Counted from the first letter of the stretch, positions 17,229 to 27,652 are shown. The stretch is 64,000 nucleotides of DNA from an uncultured Eggerthellaceae bacterium (GCA_949840905.1 CATKXW010000001.1:75499-139498), one strand, 5' to 3'. Notes: generated from the letters alone by a model not told the origin. A program made the numbers and translations.

Positions 17229-18123
17229 AGGCCTCGTTCACCTTCGTCTGTATCAGCTCGATGAGCGCTCGCACATCAGCTGCGCGCCCCTCACCGGTGT
17301 TCACGATGAAGTTGGCGTGCTTCGTCGACACTTGAGCGCCCCCGATGCTATGGCCCTTCAGCCCCACGCGCTCTATGAGCGCCCCGGCGCTGTCCCCTTC
17401 TGGGTTCCTGAACACGCTGCCGCAGCTCGGCTGGCCCAGGGGCTGAGAGCTTTTGCGCCGATTCAAGTTGGCTTCCATTTTCCCATGAATGCTGAAAGGC
17501 TCGCCCTTCTCCACCGATATCTCGCATTCCAGCAGCGTGTCAGCGGCGGCGAACGAAGTGGTGCGATAGCCCCATTCCACAGCCTCGCCGGATACGCGCT
17601 GCAGCTCGCCCTGCTCGGAGAGCAGCGTGACGGTGCGCACTCGCGAGCCGATCCATGAGTCGCGGCTTCCGGCGTTCATGCGCAGAGCGCCGCCTATGGT
17701 GCCAGGGGTGCCCACGGCGAACTCCATGCCGCCATAGCCCAAACGGAACGCCTCTTGCACCACCGCCGAGAGCATGGTGCCCGCGCCCACGGTGAAGCAT
17801 GCGATATCCTCATCGAAGTTCAAGCTGCGGAAGTCGCGACCGAGGGTGATGATCGCCCCGTCGTAGCCCTCGTCGGCCACCAGCAGGTTCGAGCCGCGCC
17901 CGATCACCATCCAGGGGGTACCGTCGACCTTGCAAGCCTCGATCAGCCGTGTCAGCGATCCCAGGTCGTTCGCCACCACGAAGTAGCGAGCCGGGCCGCC
18001 GATGCGGTAAGTGGTATGTCGCGCCAAAGGCTCGGATTCCATGACGTCGCCGTCGAAGCGCTTGGACGCCAAAACGGCCTCCACAGCGCTGGCTGCATGA
18101 CGAGCGAAGCTACGGGCGCCCAT
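17182..18123 (-). CDS. murB: UDP-N-acetylenolpyruvoylglucosamine reductase
   Basis: 313 aa. HTTYRIGGPA, GRGSNLLV, GGAQVS.KHANFIVN motifs. Confidence 0.93.
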   Translation of the reverse strand: MGARSFARHAASAVEAVLASKRFDGDVMESEPLARHTTYRIGGPARYFVVANDLGSLTRLIEACKVDGTPWMVIGRGSNLLVADEGYDGAIITLGRDFRSLNFDEDIACFTVGAGTMLSAVVQEAFRLGYGGMEFAVGTPGTIGGALRMNAGSRDSWIGSRVRTVTLLSEQGELQRVSGEAVEWGYRTTSFAAADTLLECEISVEKGEPFSIHGKMEANLNRRKSSQPLGQPSCGSVFRNPEGDSAGALIERVGLKGHSIGGAQVSTKHANFIVNTGEGRAADVRALIELIQTKVNEAYGIELKPEVRFIGFE

Positions 18124-18129
18124 GGACAG

Positions 18130-19548
18130 CTACCGATCCCTCATCTGGAGCTCGTCGACGAGCAAAGGCGCTATGCCGGTCACATCCCCCGCCCCCATGG
18201 TCAGCACCAGGTCTCCCGGAGCCGCCAGAGCGGCCATGGCGCTCGGAGCGTCGATGCGCCGCGGCACGTAGGCGGCCTCGGGATGCCCCTCATGGGCGAG
18301 CACCACGTTGAGGAACGTCTTGCCGCTGATGCCGGGCACCGGCGTCTCCCCAGCAGGGAACACGTCCATGAAGGTAACGGTGTCGGCATCGTCGAAAGCG
18401 GCGCCGAACTCTTCTGCTAGCACCTCGGTGAACAGCTTGACCCGCGAGTAGCGATGGGGCTGGAACAGCACATGGATGCGGCCGAAATCCAGCTCCTTCG
18501 CCGCGCGAATGGTGGCGGCTATCTCGGTGGGATGATGGGCGTAGTCATCCACCACGGTGACCCCGGCCGCTTCCCCCACCAGGTCGAAGCGACGGCGCAC
18601 CCCCGCGAAGCTCTCCAGCGCCTCAGCAGCACGCGCAACGTCGATACCGAGGGCATCCAGCAGCGTGAGCACCGCAGCGCCGTTCAGCACGTTATGAACG
18701 CCCGGGTTCTGCTTGATGGAGCTGCGCACCTCACGCCCATCGGGCAGGCGCAGCGCGAAGGTGGAGCCCACCCCGTGCGCCTCCACGGCGACCACCCGGC
18801 AATCGTTATGAGCGCCGATGCCGTAGCTGATGATCGGTGCCTTCGCGCAGGCGCGGGCAGCCTCGAGCAACGGCTGGTCGTCCCCGCACGCCACCACCAC
18901 GCCTTCAGCGGGCACCGAGGCGATGAACTCGCGGAACTTCTCGTATATCTCGTCCAGGTCGCCGTAATGGTCGAGATGGTCGGCCTCTATGTTGGTGACG
19001 ATGACAGCGAAGGGGTCGAGGAACGTGAACGACTTGTCCGACTCATCGGCTTCCACCACATAATGGTCGCCCGCGCCGCAATGGGCGTTGGTGCCATAAG
19101 CGCGCACGATGCCGCCCACGAGAAAGGTGGGATCCTCGCCGAGGGCGTCGAGAGCGTGGGCCAGCATGGAGGAGGTCGTGGTCTTGCCGTGGGTGCCGGC
19201 AACTGCCAAGGTCTTCAGCCCGTGGCCCAGATAGGCCAGCATCTCGGCTCGATGGATGATGCGCAGCCCGCGCGCTTGAGCCTCCTGCAGCTCGGGGTTG
19301 TTGTCGAGGATAGCCGTCGACACCACCACCACCGGCTCGCCCTCAGGGATGTTCTGGGGGCCATGACCGATGCTCACCGCGATGCCCGCATCTTCCAGCT
19401 GCTTGGTATAGCGGCTCTCCTTCAGATCAGAGCCGCTCACTGCGATGCCCTTATGGTGCGCCACCCGCGCGATGCCGCTCATGCCCACCCCGCCGATGCC
19501 GATGAAGTGCACCTTCTCGGGCAAGCTCTGTCCCTCGTTGTTCGTCAT
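18130..19548 (-). CDS. murC: UDP-N-acetylmuramate--L-alanine ligase
   Basis: 472 aa. HFIGIGGVGMSGIA, GTHGKTTT, Mur ligase middle and C-terminal domains. Confidence 0.93.
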   Translation of the reverse strand: MTNNEGQSLPEKVHFIGIGGVGMSGIARVAHHKGIAVSGSDLKESRYTKQLEDAGIAVSIGHGPQNIPEGEPVVVVSTAILDNNPELQEAQARGLRIIHRAEMLAYLGHGLKTLAVAGTHGKTTTSSMLAHALDALGEDPTFLVGGIVRAYGTNAHCGAGDHYVVEADESDKSFTFLDPFAVIVTNIEADHLDHYGDLDEIYEKFREFIASVPAEGVVVACGDDQPLLEAARACAKAPIISYGIGAHNDCRVVAVEAHGVGSTFALRLPDGREVRSSIKQNPGVHNVLNGAAVLTLLDALGIDVARAAEALESFAGVRRRFDLVGEAAGVTVVDDYAHHPTEIAATIRAAKELDFGRIHVLFQPHRYSRVKLFTEVLAEEFGAAFDDADTVTFMDVFPAGETPVPGISGKTFLNVVLAHEGHPEAAYVPRRIDAPSAMAALAAPGDLVLTMGAGDVTGIAPLLVDELQMRDR

Positions 19549-19584
19549 TGCTCTCGATCCTCTGGGCTCGTCGGTCCTTTGGCT

Positions 19585-20703
19585 CTATTGTAATACGCTG
19601 CACACCACCGACGCCAACTCGGCAGCGGCATCGTGGCCCATCTCGCGCCGGGCCGCCTCCGTCATGGAAGCGCGCAGCTCAGGCCCGTCCACCAGCGACA
19701 GCACTGCCTCGCGGAAGGCGATCGTGGCTGCTCCGGCATCGTCCACCACCTCGCTATCGGCCAGCATCTGAGCGCACCCAGCGTCCACATAGGCGCGGGC
19801 ATTGGTGGTCTGGTGGTCGGCGGTGGCATAAGGGAAGGGGATGAGCAGTGCCGGCACGGCTCGAGCCGCTATCTCGGCCAGAGAGGTGGCACCGGCCCGG
19901 GACACGATGAGATCGGCTGCCGCCAGGCACTTCCCCATCTGGTCCTGATAGCCCATCACTTGCCAGCGGCGAGCCTCCTCCTCGGTCAGCGCGAGCGCGC
20001 CCTCCACCCGCTTTAGCTCCTTAGGGCCGGTCACATGCACGATATGCAGGCCCTCCCGGGCAAGAAGCTCCTCTTTCAGCGCGATGAGGCCGTCGTTGAT
20101 GCGCTGGGCCCCTAGGCTGCCGCCGAACACCAGCATCAGCGTCGCATCATCAGGAACGCCCAGCAGATCACGGCCCTCCTCACGGGTCGCCTCCAGCACG
20201 CTTCGGCGCACCGGGTTGCCCGTTATGGCCGTGCGGCTCTGCACCTCCGGCGTCAGATGGCCAAGGGTGTGGCCGTAGGTGATGCACACCGCCGCCGCCC
20301 GCGCCGCCAGCGACCGGTTCGCCATGCCCATGACCGAGTTCTGCTCGTGCAGCACCACCGGTATCCCCATGCGCTCGGCTGCCATGGCAACCGGGATGGA
20401 CACATAGCCGCCAAAGCCCACCACCACATCGGGCTGAAGCTCTTTGAACCAGCGCATAGCGGCGCGGGTGCTCTTGGCGATCTTCAGAGACGAGGTGATC
20501 AGCGACAACGGATGGCGCCGGTTGAACCCGGCCGCTTCGAAGGCGGTGAACGGGATGTTCGCCGCAGGCACCAAGCGCGCCTCGATGCCACCGGGCGTGC
20601 CGGCGAAATGCACCTCGAAACCACGGTCGATCAGCGTTTCTGCCAGCGCAAGCGCCGGATTGATATGCCCAGCGGTCCCCCCGCCGGAGAGCACAGCCAA
20701 CAT
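19585..20703 (-). CDS. murG: Lipid II synthase MurG (undecaprenyldiphospho-muramoylpentapeptide beta-N-acetylglucosaminyltransferase)
   Basis: 372 aa from the ATG at 20703 (SD GGAAGGAG). SGGGTAGHINPALA motif. The 662-aa track ORF is an alternate-frame extension over ftsW. Confidence 0.92.
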   Translation of the reverse strand: MLAVLSGGGTAGHINPALALAETLIDRGFEVHFAGTPGGIEARLVPAANIPFTAFEAAGFNRRHPLSLITSSLKIAKSTRAAMRWFKELQPDVVVGFGGYVSIPVAMAAERMGIPVVLHEQNSVMGMANRSLAARAAAVCITYGHTLGHLTPEVQSRTAITGNPVRRSVLEATREEGRDLLGVPDDATLMLVFGGSLGAQRINDGLIALKEELLAREGLHIVHVTGPKELKRVEGALALTEEEARRWQVMGYQDQMGKCLAAADLIVSRAGATSLAEIAARAVPALLIPFPYATADHQTTNARAYVDAGCAQMLADSEVVDDAGAATIAFREAVLSLVDGPELRASMTEAARREMGHDAAAELASVVCSVLQ

Positions 20704-20717
20704 GAGCGCTCCTTCCT

Positions 20718-21917
20718 CTATCGCTGCGGGCCGCTCACGCGCACCACGCGCAGGTCTTCCCGTCGCCGCTGCTCCACCGGAGGCGCTGCGGAGACCGATA
20801 GCACCAATCCCACCATGATAAGGCTCGCGATCATCGACGAGCCGCCCGCCGAGATGAAGGGCAGGGGCTTTCCTGTGGTGGGGAGCACGCCGATGGTGCA
20901 GCCGATGTTGAGGAACGCCTGGAACACCAGCATGGTGGTGATGCCGCCGGCGATCATGGTGCCGGTGGCATCGGGGGCCAGCGCCGCGATGCGCAGGCCG
21001 CACACGAGCACTACGATGAACAAGCCGATGACCAGCACCGCTCCCACCAATCCCAGCTCCTCGCCTATCACGGCAAAGATGAAGTCGCTGTCGGAGGCGA
21101 ACAGGTACTGGAACTTCTCGCGGGAGTTGCCGAGGCCGACGCCGAACAGGCCGCCTTCCGCGAAGGCGTAGTAAGAGCGGATGATGTTGAAGCCCGACCC
21201 ATAGCCGCCCTCGCCGTCGTTCCACGGATCGAGATAGACCATCCGCCCGCTGCGATAGCCGGTGCCGAACACGGCGAACAGCAAGAACAGCATGCCCACG
21301 GCGATGACGACGGCGAGGATCCGTGGGCTCACGCCGCCCAGCCACATGACAGCCAGGATGCCGACGATGCAGATGAGGGTGGTGCCCAGGTCGGACTGGG
21401 TGAAGTAGAGGATGAGCACCGGCATGACGATGAACAGGCCTATCTGGATGAGCGTCACCCGCGGCTCCACCATGCCGCTGCGAAAGTCGTAGATGATGCG
21501 CACGGCCATCAGCACGAGCGCCACCTTCACGAACTCGGAGGGCTGGATGCGCACTGGCCCCAGCTGGAGCCACCGCTTCGCTCCAAACTCAGAGGTGCCC
21601 ACAGCCGATGTCATGATCAACAGCAGAAACGCTGCGACCCACACGATGTAGACGATGTTTCCGCACCACAGGTGATAGGGCACGAAGCGCCACAGGATGA
21701 ACGCCGCCACGATGCCCACGGCCGCGTAGAGGAGCTGGCCTGTCACCTGCTTGGTGGCCGAGCTGCCCGCCTCCACGGCCGTGACCGACGAGGCGGAATA
21801 CACCATGATGAGACCGATGAGCAGAAGCGACATCACCGCCAACAGGATGAGGATGCGGGGCACCTGGGTGCTGGGCGGCGCTGAGGCGCGGTGGGAACGG
21901 GGCGTACGTTGGGCCAT
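20718..21917 (-). CDS. ftsW: SEDS-family peptidoglycan glycosyltransferase FtsW
   Basis: 399 aa, about 10 TM, FtsW/RodA/SpoVE signature (QPSEF.K, SDFIFAVIGEELG, LPTTG.PLPFISAGGSS). Confidence 0.92.
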   Translation of the reverse strand: MAQRTPRSHRASAPPSTQVPRILILLAVMSLLLIGLIMVYSASSVTAVEAGSSATKQVTGQLLYAAVGIVAAFILWRFVPYHLWCGNIVYIVWVAAFLLLIMTSAVGTSEFGAKRWLQLGPVRIQPSEFVKVALVLMAVRIIYDFRSGMVEPRVTLIQIGLFIVMPVLILYFTQSDLGTTLICIVGILAVMWLGGVSPRILAVVIAVGMLFLLFAVFGTGYRSGRMVYLDPWNDGEGGYGSGFNIIRSYYAFAEGGLFGVGLGNSREKFQYLFASDSDFIFAVIGEELGLVGAVLVIGLFIVVLVCGLRIAALAPDATGTMIAGGITTMLVFQAFLNIGCTIGVLPTTGKPLPFISAGGSSMIASLIMVGLVLSVSAAPPVEQRRREDLRVVRVSGPQR

Positions 21918-21941
21918 GGGAGCTCAGAGCACCTTCCGCCG

Positions 21942-23462
21942 CTACGCCGCGGCTGCGGCGCGCGCAGCCACCAGAGCCTTGAACCTCTCGCCGCGCTCCT
22001 CGAAGCAGGAGAACTCGTCGAAGGAGGCGCATGCCGGCGACAACAGCACGATGTCGCCTGCTGCCGCCTGGGCCAGCGCCGTATCGAGAGCCTCTTCCAT
22101 GGTATCGGCCAGATGCACCGGCACAGCGATGCCCTCCTGTCGAAGGAAGGCTCTTCGCGGAGCATCGCAGAAGGCCTCTTGGAAGCGAACGCGAGACTCC
22201 CCGTACAGCACCACGGCCTGCGCATGAGCATCGCAGGCGTCTACGAGGGGGACCAGGTCGGTGCCCTTGTCGCGGCCGCCCAGCAAGATGATGGGCTTGC
22301 GAGGCGCGAAGGCCGTGAGCGCTTTCAGCACCGCGTCCACGTTGGTGGCCTTGGAGTCGTTGTAGCACGCGACGCCACCGACCTCGCCCGCAGGCTCGAT
22401 GCGGTGCTCCAGAGCCGGGAAGGAGACGAGGCCTTCTCTCACCGCATCAACGGGAACGCCGAGCGCGAGGGCCGCTGCGGCGGCAGCCAGGGCGTTGCCC
22501 TGGTTGTGCTCGCCTTTCAGCTGAAGCTCGTCCACGGCGATGAGGTCGTCATCGCGCCCGGCGAGGGCCACATGCAGCCGCCCTCCACCGACGAACGCCG
22601 CATTGGCGCTGCCGCATACGGCGCGCATGTCGCTATGCAGCCCACCTGCAGCGCCCAGGGGCACGTAGGCGAACCCGCGCTCCTCGTCGGAGAGCGCCTT
22701 CAGCTCGCGCACCTTCCCGCGCACGGTGTCGTCGGTGGCATCGAGCACGGCCACTCCATCGCGAGCAGGAGCGAGAGCCAGATTGTCCAACAGCTTGAGC
22801 TTGGCGTCCACGTAGCTTTGATGGCTGCCATGCCAACTGAGATGGTCGGGGGTGATGTTCAGCAGCACGGCCACATCGGGGCGGAAGTCCACGGTGGAGG
22901 CCAGCTGATAGGACGATGCTTCGGCCACGTACACCGCGGTCTTGCCGGCCGCTACGGCATCGATGCAGGTCTCGCCGATGTTACCCACCGCGTCAGCGTC
23001 AAGACCGGCGCAGCGCAGCAGATGAGCGCAGAGGGCTGTGGTGGTGGTCTTGCCGTTGGTGCCAGTGATGGCCACCCAACGGCTGTCCGCCGCGCTCTCG
23101 CGCCAGGCGAGCTCCACCTCCCCGATGATCTCGGCGGAAGCATCGCGGGCAGCGCCGTAGAGGGGTGAGAGGTTGGAGATGCCGGGGCTGACGACGCACA
23201 GGTCGAAGGTGCCGCTCACAGCCTTCTCCACCGACAGCAGAGCCTGGTGGGCCTCGACCGCATCCCGAAACCAGCCGAGCGCCTCTTCGGGCGCATCCCC
23301 GAAGACCACGGTGATCGACCCCACGCGCTCAGGGGCCATAGCGGCCACGGAGAGCAGGTACTCGCACACCGCCCGTCCGCTGCGCCCCACGCCCAGCACC
23401 AGCACGCGCCCTAAACGCGCACGCGCACGCTTCTTTCCTGAAAGGAACTCTCTATCCAGCAC
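21942..23462 (-). CDS. murD: UDP-N-acetylmuramoylalanine--D-glutamate ligase
   Basis: 506 aa. GVGRSG, ITGTNGKTTT, Mur ligase domains. GTG start at 23462. Confidence 0.9.
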   Translation of the reverse strand: MLDREFLSGKKRARARLGRVLVLGVGRSGRAVCEYLLSVAAMAPERVGSITVVFGDAPEEALGWFRDAVEAHQALLSVEKAVSGTFDLCVVSPGISNLSPLYGAARDASAEIIGEVELAWRESAADSRWVAITGTNGKTTTTALCAHLLRCAGLDADAVGNIGETCIDAVAAGKTAVYVAEASSYQLASTVDFRPDVAVLLNITPDHLSWHGSHQSYVDAKLKLLDNLALAPARDGVAVLDATDDTVRGKVRELKALSDEERGFAYVPLGAAGGLHSDMRAVCGSANAAFVGGGRLHVALAGRDDDLIAVDELQLKGEHNQGNALAAAAAALALGVPVDAVREGLVSFPALEHRIEPAGEVGGVACYNDSKATNVDAVLKALTAFAPRKPIILLGGRDKGTDLVPLVDACDAHAQAVVLYGESRVRFQEAFCDAPRRAFLRQEGIAVPVHLADTMEEALDTALAQAAAGDIVLLSPACASFDEFSCFEERGERFKALVAARAAAAA

Positions 23463-23606
23463 TGCCTACCTCGTTCTTCATCATCGTTCGCAATGCCATA
23501 CCATCTTACTAGGAAACGCCCCGCCATGGGGCCGCCACCTGCCCGTTAGCCGCCCTGTTCCCGGCGGCCAGCGCCGAAGGAAGACCGAAAGCCTCGAAGC
23601 GCCCGT

Positions 23607-24665
23607 TCAGGCGCCCAGCAGCGACTGGGAGAAGTACAGCACGAAGCCGCCCGCTGCCAGCACGCCCGACACGATCCAGAAGCGCACGACCACCTTCGTC
23701 TCGCTCCACCCCTTCTTCTCGAAGTGATGATGCAAAGGTGCCATGAGGAAGAAACGCTTCTGGGTGCGCTTGTAGTAGAACACCTGAATCATCACCGAAA
23801 GCGCCTCGGCCACGAACAGACCGCCGATGATGATGACCACGAACTCGGTCTTGGTCACCACCGACAGGCACCCGAGCGCCATGCCCAAGGCCAAAGACCC
23901 GGTATCGCCCATGAAGATATCGGCCGGAAACGAGTTGAACCACAGAAAGCCGATGCATGAGCCGGCAAGGGCTGCCGCGATGATGGCCGGCTCCAAAAGG
24001 TCGCTGCGGAAGGCGATGGCGGCCATGACCACCATCACGATCATCACCGTGCCCGCCGCCAAGCCATCGAGGCCGTCGGTGAGGTTCACCGCGTTGCACA
24101 GGCCCACCAACAGGATGAGGCAGAACAGCAGATACAGCCACGGGATCGAGAACGAGCCCCCATCGCCGAGCGGGATCGTGGTGCTCAGCACTCCAAGGTC
24201 GAAGGTGTAGATGAACGGTATCTCCACCGTGGGCGGGATACCGAGGAAGTTCACGGCGCACAGCACGAAGGCGGCGGATATGAGGCACTGGCCCACCAGC
24301 TTCGCCTTCGGAGTGAGGCCCAAAGAGCGCTCGTGGGCCACCTTCGACGCATCGTCGATGAAGCCGAGCAGCCCGGTGAGGAGGATAGCGCCCAGGATGA
24401 GGAACGTCTCGGGCACCGGCACCCCCACCATCAGCGTGGTGAGGGCCACCGCGATCAGCATGATGACGCCGCCCATGGTGGGCGTGCCCTGCTTCACCAG
24501 ATGGCTCTGAGGGCCGTCGGCCCGCACCTGCTGGCCGATCTGGCGGCGCTGCAGCAGCTTGATCCACGCGGGCATGAGAAAGCCCGTCAGCAGGCCGCAC
24601 ACCAGCACCGCGATGAAGACGAGGAACGTCGGATATGCCGCGAACTGCGAGAACATCAGTTGCAC
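23607..24665 (-). CDS. mraY: Phospho-N-acetylmuramoyl-pentapeptide transferase
   Basis: 352 aa. GTPTMGG, NAVNLTDGLDGLA, HHHFE motifs. Confidence 0.95.
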   Translation of the reverse strand: MQLMFSQFAAYPTFLVFIAVLVCGLLTGFLMPAWIKLLQRRQIGQQVRADGPQSHLVKQGTPTMGGVIMLIAVALTTLMVGVPVPETFLILGAILLTGLLGFIDDASKVAHERSLGLTPKAKLVGQCLISAAFVLCAVNFLGIPPTVEIPFIYTFDLGVLSTTIPLGDGGSFSIPWLYLLFCLILLVGLCNAVNLTDGLDGLAAGTVMIVMVVMAAIAFRSDLLEPAIIAAALAGSCIGFLWFNSFPADIFMGDTGSLALGMALGCLSVVTKTEFVVIIIGGLFVAEALSVMIQVFYYKRTQKRFFLMAPLHHHFEKKGWSETKVVVRFWIVSGVLAAGGFVLYFSQSLLGA

Positions 24666-26149
24666 AACCCTTCCACCACGCGATCGAGTCCCATGAAGTG
24701 CGAAGCTTTCACCAGCACCGCATCGCCCGGCTCCAGGTTGGCGTCGAGCACCTCCAGCACGTCGGCCACGGTCGCCGCGCGGCTCACATGAGCATCATCC
24801 ATGCCAGCCGCCACGGCCGCCTCGGCGATGGCAGCGCTCAGCTCGCCCACGCAGATGAGCTCGTCGAGCTCGCATCCGGCGGCGTAGGAGCCCACGGCCC
24901 TATGGCAGGCCGGCGCATGATCGCCCAGCTCGCCCATATCCCCGAGCACCGCATAGCGCCTGCCGACCACCGGCAGTCCGCGAAAAGCCGCCAGCGCAGC
25001 TCGCATGGAGTCAGGGTTGGCGTTGTAGGCGTCGTTGACCACCGTGCAGCCGGCGCGCGTGCGCAGCATCTCTTGGCGCCCGCTCTCGGGCACCGCTCTG
25101 GCCAGGGCATCGGCGATGGCCGTGAGGGTCATGCCGCAGCCATGGGCGATGGCCGCCGCCGCACAAGCGTTGGCCACGTTATGCTCGCCGTGCAGGCCCA
25201 AACAGCAGCGGACCTTCTCCACCTCGCCGCCGAAGCCCTCGGCGCACAGCGTGAACACAGGACGACCCTCTTCATCGAGAGAGCCGTCCTCTGCCCACAC
25301 CCGTCCGCGAGCCGCCCCGCTCCCCGCTGCCTCGACCGCGCCGTCCGCTCGCAGCCCCGCGAAGGTGAACACGTCCACGTCGCGACGGGCGGCCTGGGCC
25401 GTCTCCAGCATCAGCGCCGTGGAAGCATCTTGGGCGTTCACGAACGCCCGGCCCGTTCCGGAGGGCAGCGCCGCCAACAGCTCCGCCTTCGCCCCAGCGA
25501 TGTTCTCCACCGACCCCAGAAGCTCGATATGGCACTCGCCCACGTTGGTGACCAGGCCCCATTGGGGGCGCACGATGCGGCACAGCTCGGCTATCTGACC
25601 CGCGCCGCGCATGCCCATCTCCACCACCACCATCTCGGTCTCCGGGTCGGCGGCTAGAAGCGTCATGGGCACGCCCAGCTCGTTGTTCTGGTTCGCCTTG
25701 GTGGCTACCACCGAATGGGCCGTCGCCAGCACGTCGCGCACGAGGTTCTTCGTGGTGGTCTTGCCGGTGGAGCCCGTGATGCCGATCACATGACCGCACA
25801 GATGGCCCCGCCATGCCTCAGCGATATCGGTGATGGCATGAAAGGTGTTGGGCACCTCGATGATGGCGGCTCCCAGCTCCCGGGCCAAGGTCTTGGCGGA
25901 AGCGGGGGGCATGTCGGTGACCAACGCGCCCAAAGCGCCCTTGCGCAGGGCATCCTCCACGAAACGGTGGCCGTCCACCTTCTCGCCCGGCAGCGCGACG
26001 TAGAGCCAGTCGGGACGGATGTCGCGCGAGTCGAAGCTGATGCCCGTGTACAGCGCGCTCGCATCGATGGGGTCGACGAGGAACCGGCCACCGGTGCACG
26101 CGAGGATCTGTTTGGCGTTCAATCTCATCGAGCGCGAACCTTCAGCCAT
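24656..26149 (-). CDS. murF: UDP-N-acetylmuramoyl-tripeptide--D-alanyl-D-alanine ligase
   Basis: 497 aa. ITGSTGKTTTK and Mur ligase domains. An alternative ATG at 26128 forms an ATGA overlap with the murE stop, so the start is ambiguous. Confidence 0.9.
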   Translation of the reverse strand: MAEGSRSMRLNAKQILACTGGRFLVDPIDASALYTGISFDSRDIRPDWLYVALPGEKVDGHRFVEDALRKGALGALVTDMPPASAKTLARELGAAIIEVPNTFHAITDIAEAWRGHLCGHVIGITGSTGKTTTKNLVRDVLATAHSVVATKANQNNELGVPMTLLAADPETEMVVVEMGMRGAGQIAELCRIVRPQWGLVTNVGECHIELLGSVENIAGAKAELLAALPSGTGRAFVNAQDASTALMLETAQAARRDVDVFTFAGLRADGAVEAAGSGAARGRVWAEDGSLDEEGRPVFTLCAEGFGGEVEKVRCCLGLHGEHNVANACAAAAIAHGCGMTLTAIADALARAVPESGRQEMLRTRAGCTVVNDAYNANPDSMRAALAAFRGLPVVGRRYAVLGDMGELGDHAPACHRAVGSYAAGCELDELICVGELSAAIAEAAVAAGMDDAHVSRAATVADVLEVLDANLEPGDAVLVKASHFMGLDRVVEGLCN

Positions 26150-27642
26150 TCCTCGGCCGCCACCTTGCGGTCGTCGAAGTCGATGACGCTATCGCCGATG
26201 ATCTGGTAATCCTCATGGCCCTTACCGGCTATGAGGATGGCATCTCCCGCCTGCGCCGCCGCGATGGCCCGAGCGATGGCAGCCCGACGGTCGGGTACCA
26301 CCTCATAGGTGCCAGCAGCAGCCCCCTCCATGCCCGCCACGATATCGTCGATGATGGAGAGCGGGTCTTCGCTGCGAGGGTTGTCGCTGGTCACGATGGC
26401 TAGGTCGGCTTCGAGGGCCGCGCGTCCCATGATGGGGCGCTTGCCCGCGTCGCGGTCGCCGCCGCAGCCGAACACCACGATGGTGCGCGCTCCGGCAGGC
26501 TCCGCCAGCGCCTTCACCGAACCGATGGCCTTCGCGAGGGCATCGGGGGTGTGAGCGTAATCCACGTAGATGGACAGCTCGTCGAGGGGGTCGTCGCCGC
26601 CCACAGCGGTGCCGTCGACGGTCACGCGCTCCAAACGACCTGGCACGCTCGGCATGGAGGCCAGCGCTTCTTGGATGATGCGCGGCTCGATGCCCAGGCA
26701 GATGCCGATAGCGAGGGCGCCCATGACGTTCTCCACGTTGAAGCGTCCCACCAACGGATAGTCCAACACCAGCTCAGCGCCCTCGCAGGCTACCACCAAG
26801 CGCGTGTTGGCCGCGCCATAGGCCACCGAGAGCGGATGGATGTCGGCGTCCTCGTCGAAGCCGAAGGTGATGACCTCATCCCCTGCCTCGCGGCAGCGCC
26901 GCGCCAGCTCGCGGCCCCAGCCATCGCCCACGCCGATGACGCGACGAGCCGGATAGTCAGGGCCGAACAGCAGCGCTTTGGCCTCGAAGTAGGCTTCGAA
27001 GGTATGGTGATAGTCCAGATGGTCCTGGGTGAGGTTCGTGAAGGCGGTCACCGCGAAATGCAAGCCCCAGGTGCGCAGCAGGTCGAGCGCATGGGAGCTC
27101 ACCTCCATGGCCACCGCCTGGCATCCCGCATCGCGCATGCGCGCCATGATGGCTTCCAGGTCGGGAGCTTCGGGCGTGGTGTGCTCCGACTTCTCGGCCG
27201 CATCGCCGATGCGGATGCCCACGGTGCCGATGACGCCGGTCTTCTTCGCGGCCGCACGGCAGATATGCTCCACCAGATAGGTCGTGGTGGTCTTGCCATT
27301 GGTGCCGGTCACGCCCACCAGGTCGAAGGCGGCGGAGGGATCATCGTAGTAGCGGGCCGCAGCATGGGCCATGGCCTTGCGCGCATCGGCCACCACTACT
27401 TCGGTGACATCGGTGGAATCGGCCAGGTAGGGAGGCCGCTCCACCACCAGCGCCTTGGCACCGCGGTCGATGGCATCTTGGGCGAAGGTGTGGCCGTCCA
27501 CCGTGAGCCCCACCACGCAGAAGAACATGTCGCCAGGTCTCACCCGGTCGCTCCGGTAGGCCAGTCCCGTCACCTCGACATCGCCATCGCCCAAGATGGA
27601 ACGGTCGAGTCCCGAGAACAGCTCCGCAACGGTCTTTCCCAC
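26125..27642 (-). CDS. murE: UDP-N-acetylmuramoyl-L-alanyl-D-glutamate--2,6-diaminopimelate ligase
   Basis: 505 aa. VTGTNGKTTT. The DNPR motif (SDNPRSEDP) points to meso-DAP specificity. Confidence 0.92.
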   Translation of the reverse strand: MGKTVAELFSGLDRSILGDGDVEVTGLAYRSDRVRPGDMFFCVVGLTVDGHTFAQDAIDRGAKALVVERPPYLADSTDVTEVVVADARKAMAHAAARYYDDPSAAFDLVGVTGTNGKTTTTYLVEHICRAAAKKTGVIGTVGIRIGDAAEKSEHTTPEAPDLEAIMARMRDAGCQAVAMEVSSHALDLLRTWGLHFAVTAFTNLTQDHLDYHHTFEAYFEAKALLFGPDYPARRVIGVGDGWGRELARRCREAGDEVITFGFDEDADIHPLSVAYGAANTRLVVACEGAELVLDYPLVGRFNVENVMGALAIGICLGIEPRIIQEALASMPSVPGRLERVTVDGTAVGGDDPLDELSIYVDYAHTPDALAKAIGSVKALAEPAGARTIVVFGCGGDRDAGKRPIMGRAALEADLAIVTSDNPRSEDPLSIIDDIVAGMEGAAAGTYEVVPDRRAAIARAIAAAQAGDAILIAGKGHEDYQIIGDSVIDFDDRKVAAEEWLKVRAR

Positions 27643-27652
27643 GTTCTTCCCC

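Noticed and set aside
20704-21573. N-terminal 290 aa of the 662-aa murG track ORF, and other alternate-frame ORFs over ftsW and murD
   Set aside because: Arg/Pro/Gly-rich nonsense overlapping ftsW in another frame. murG has a proper ATG with an SD at 20703.
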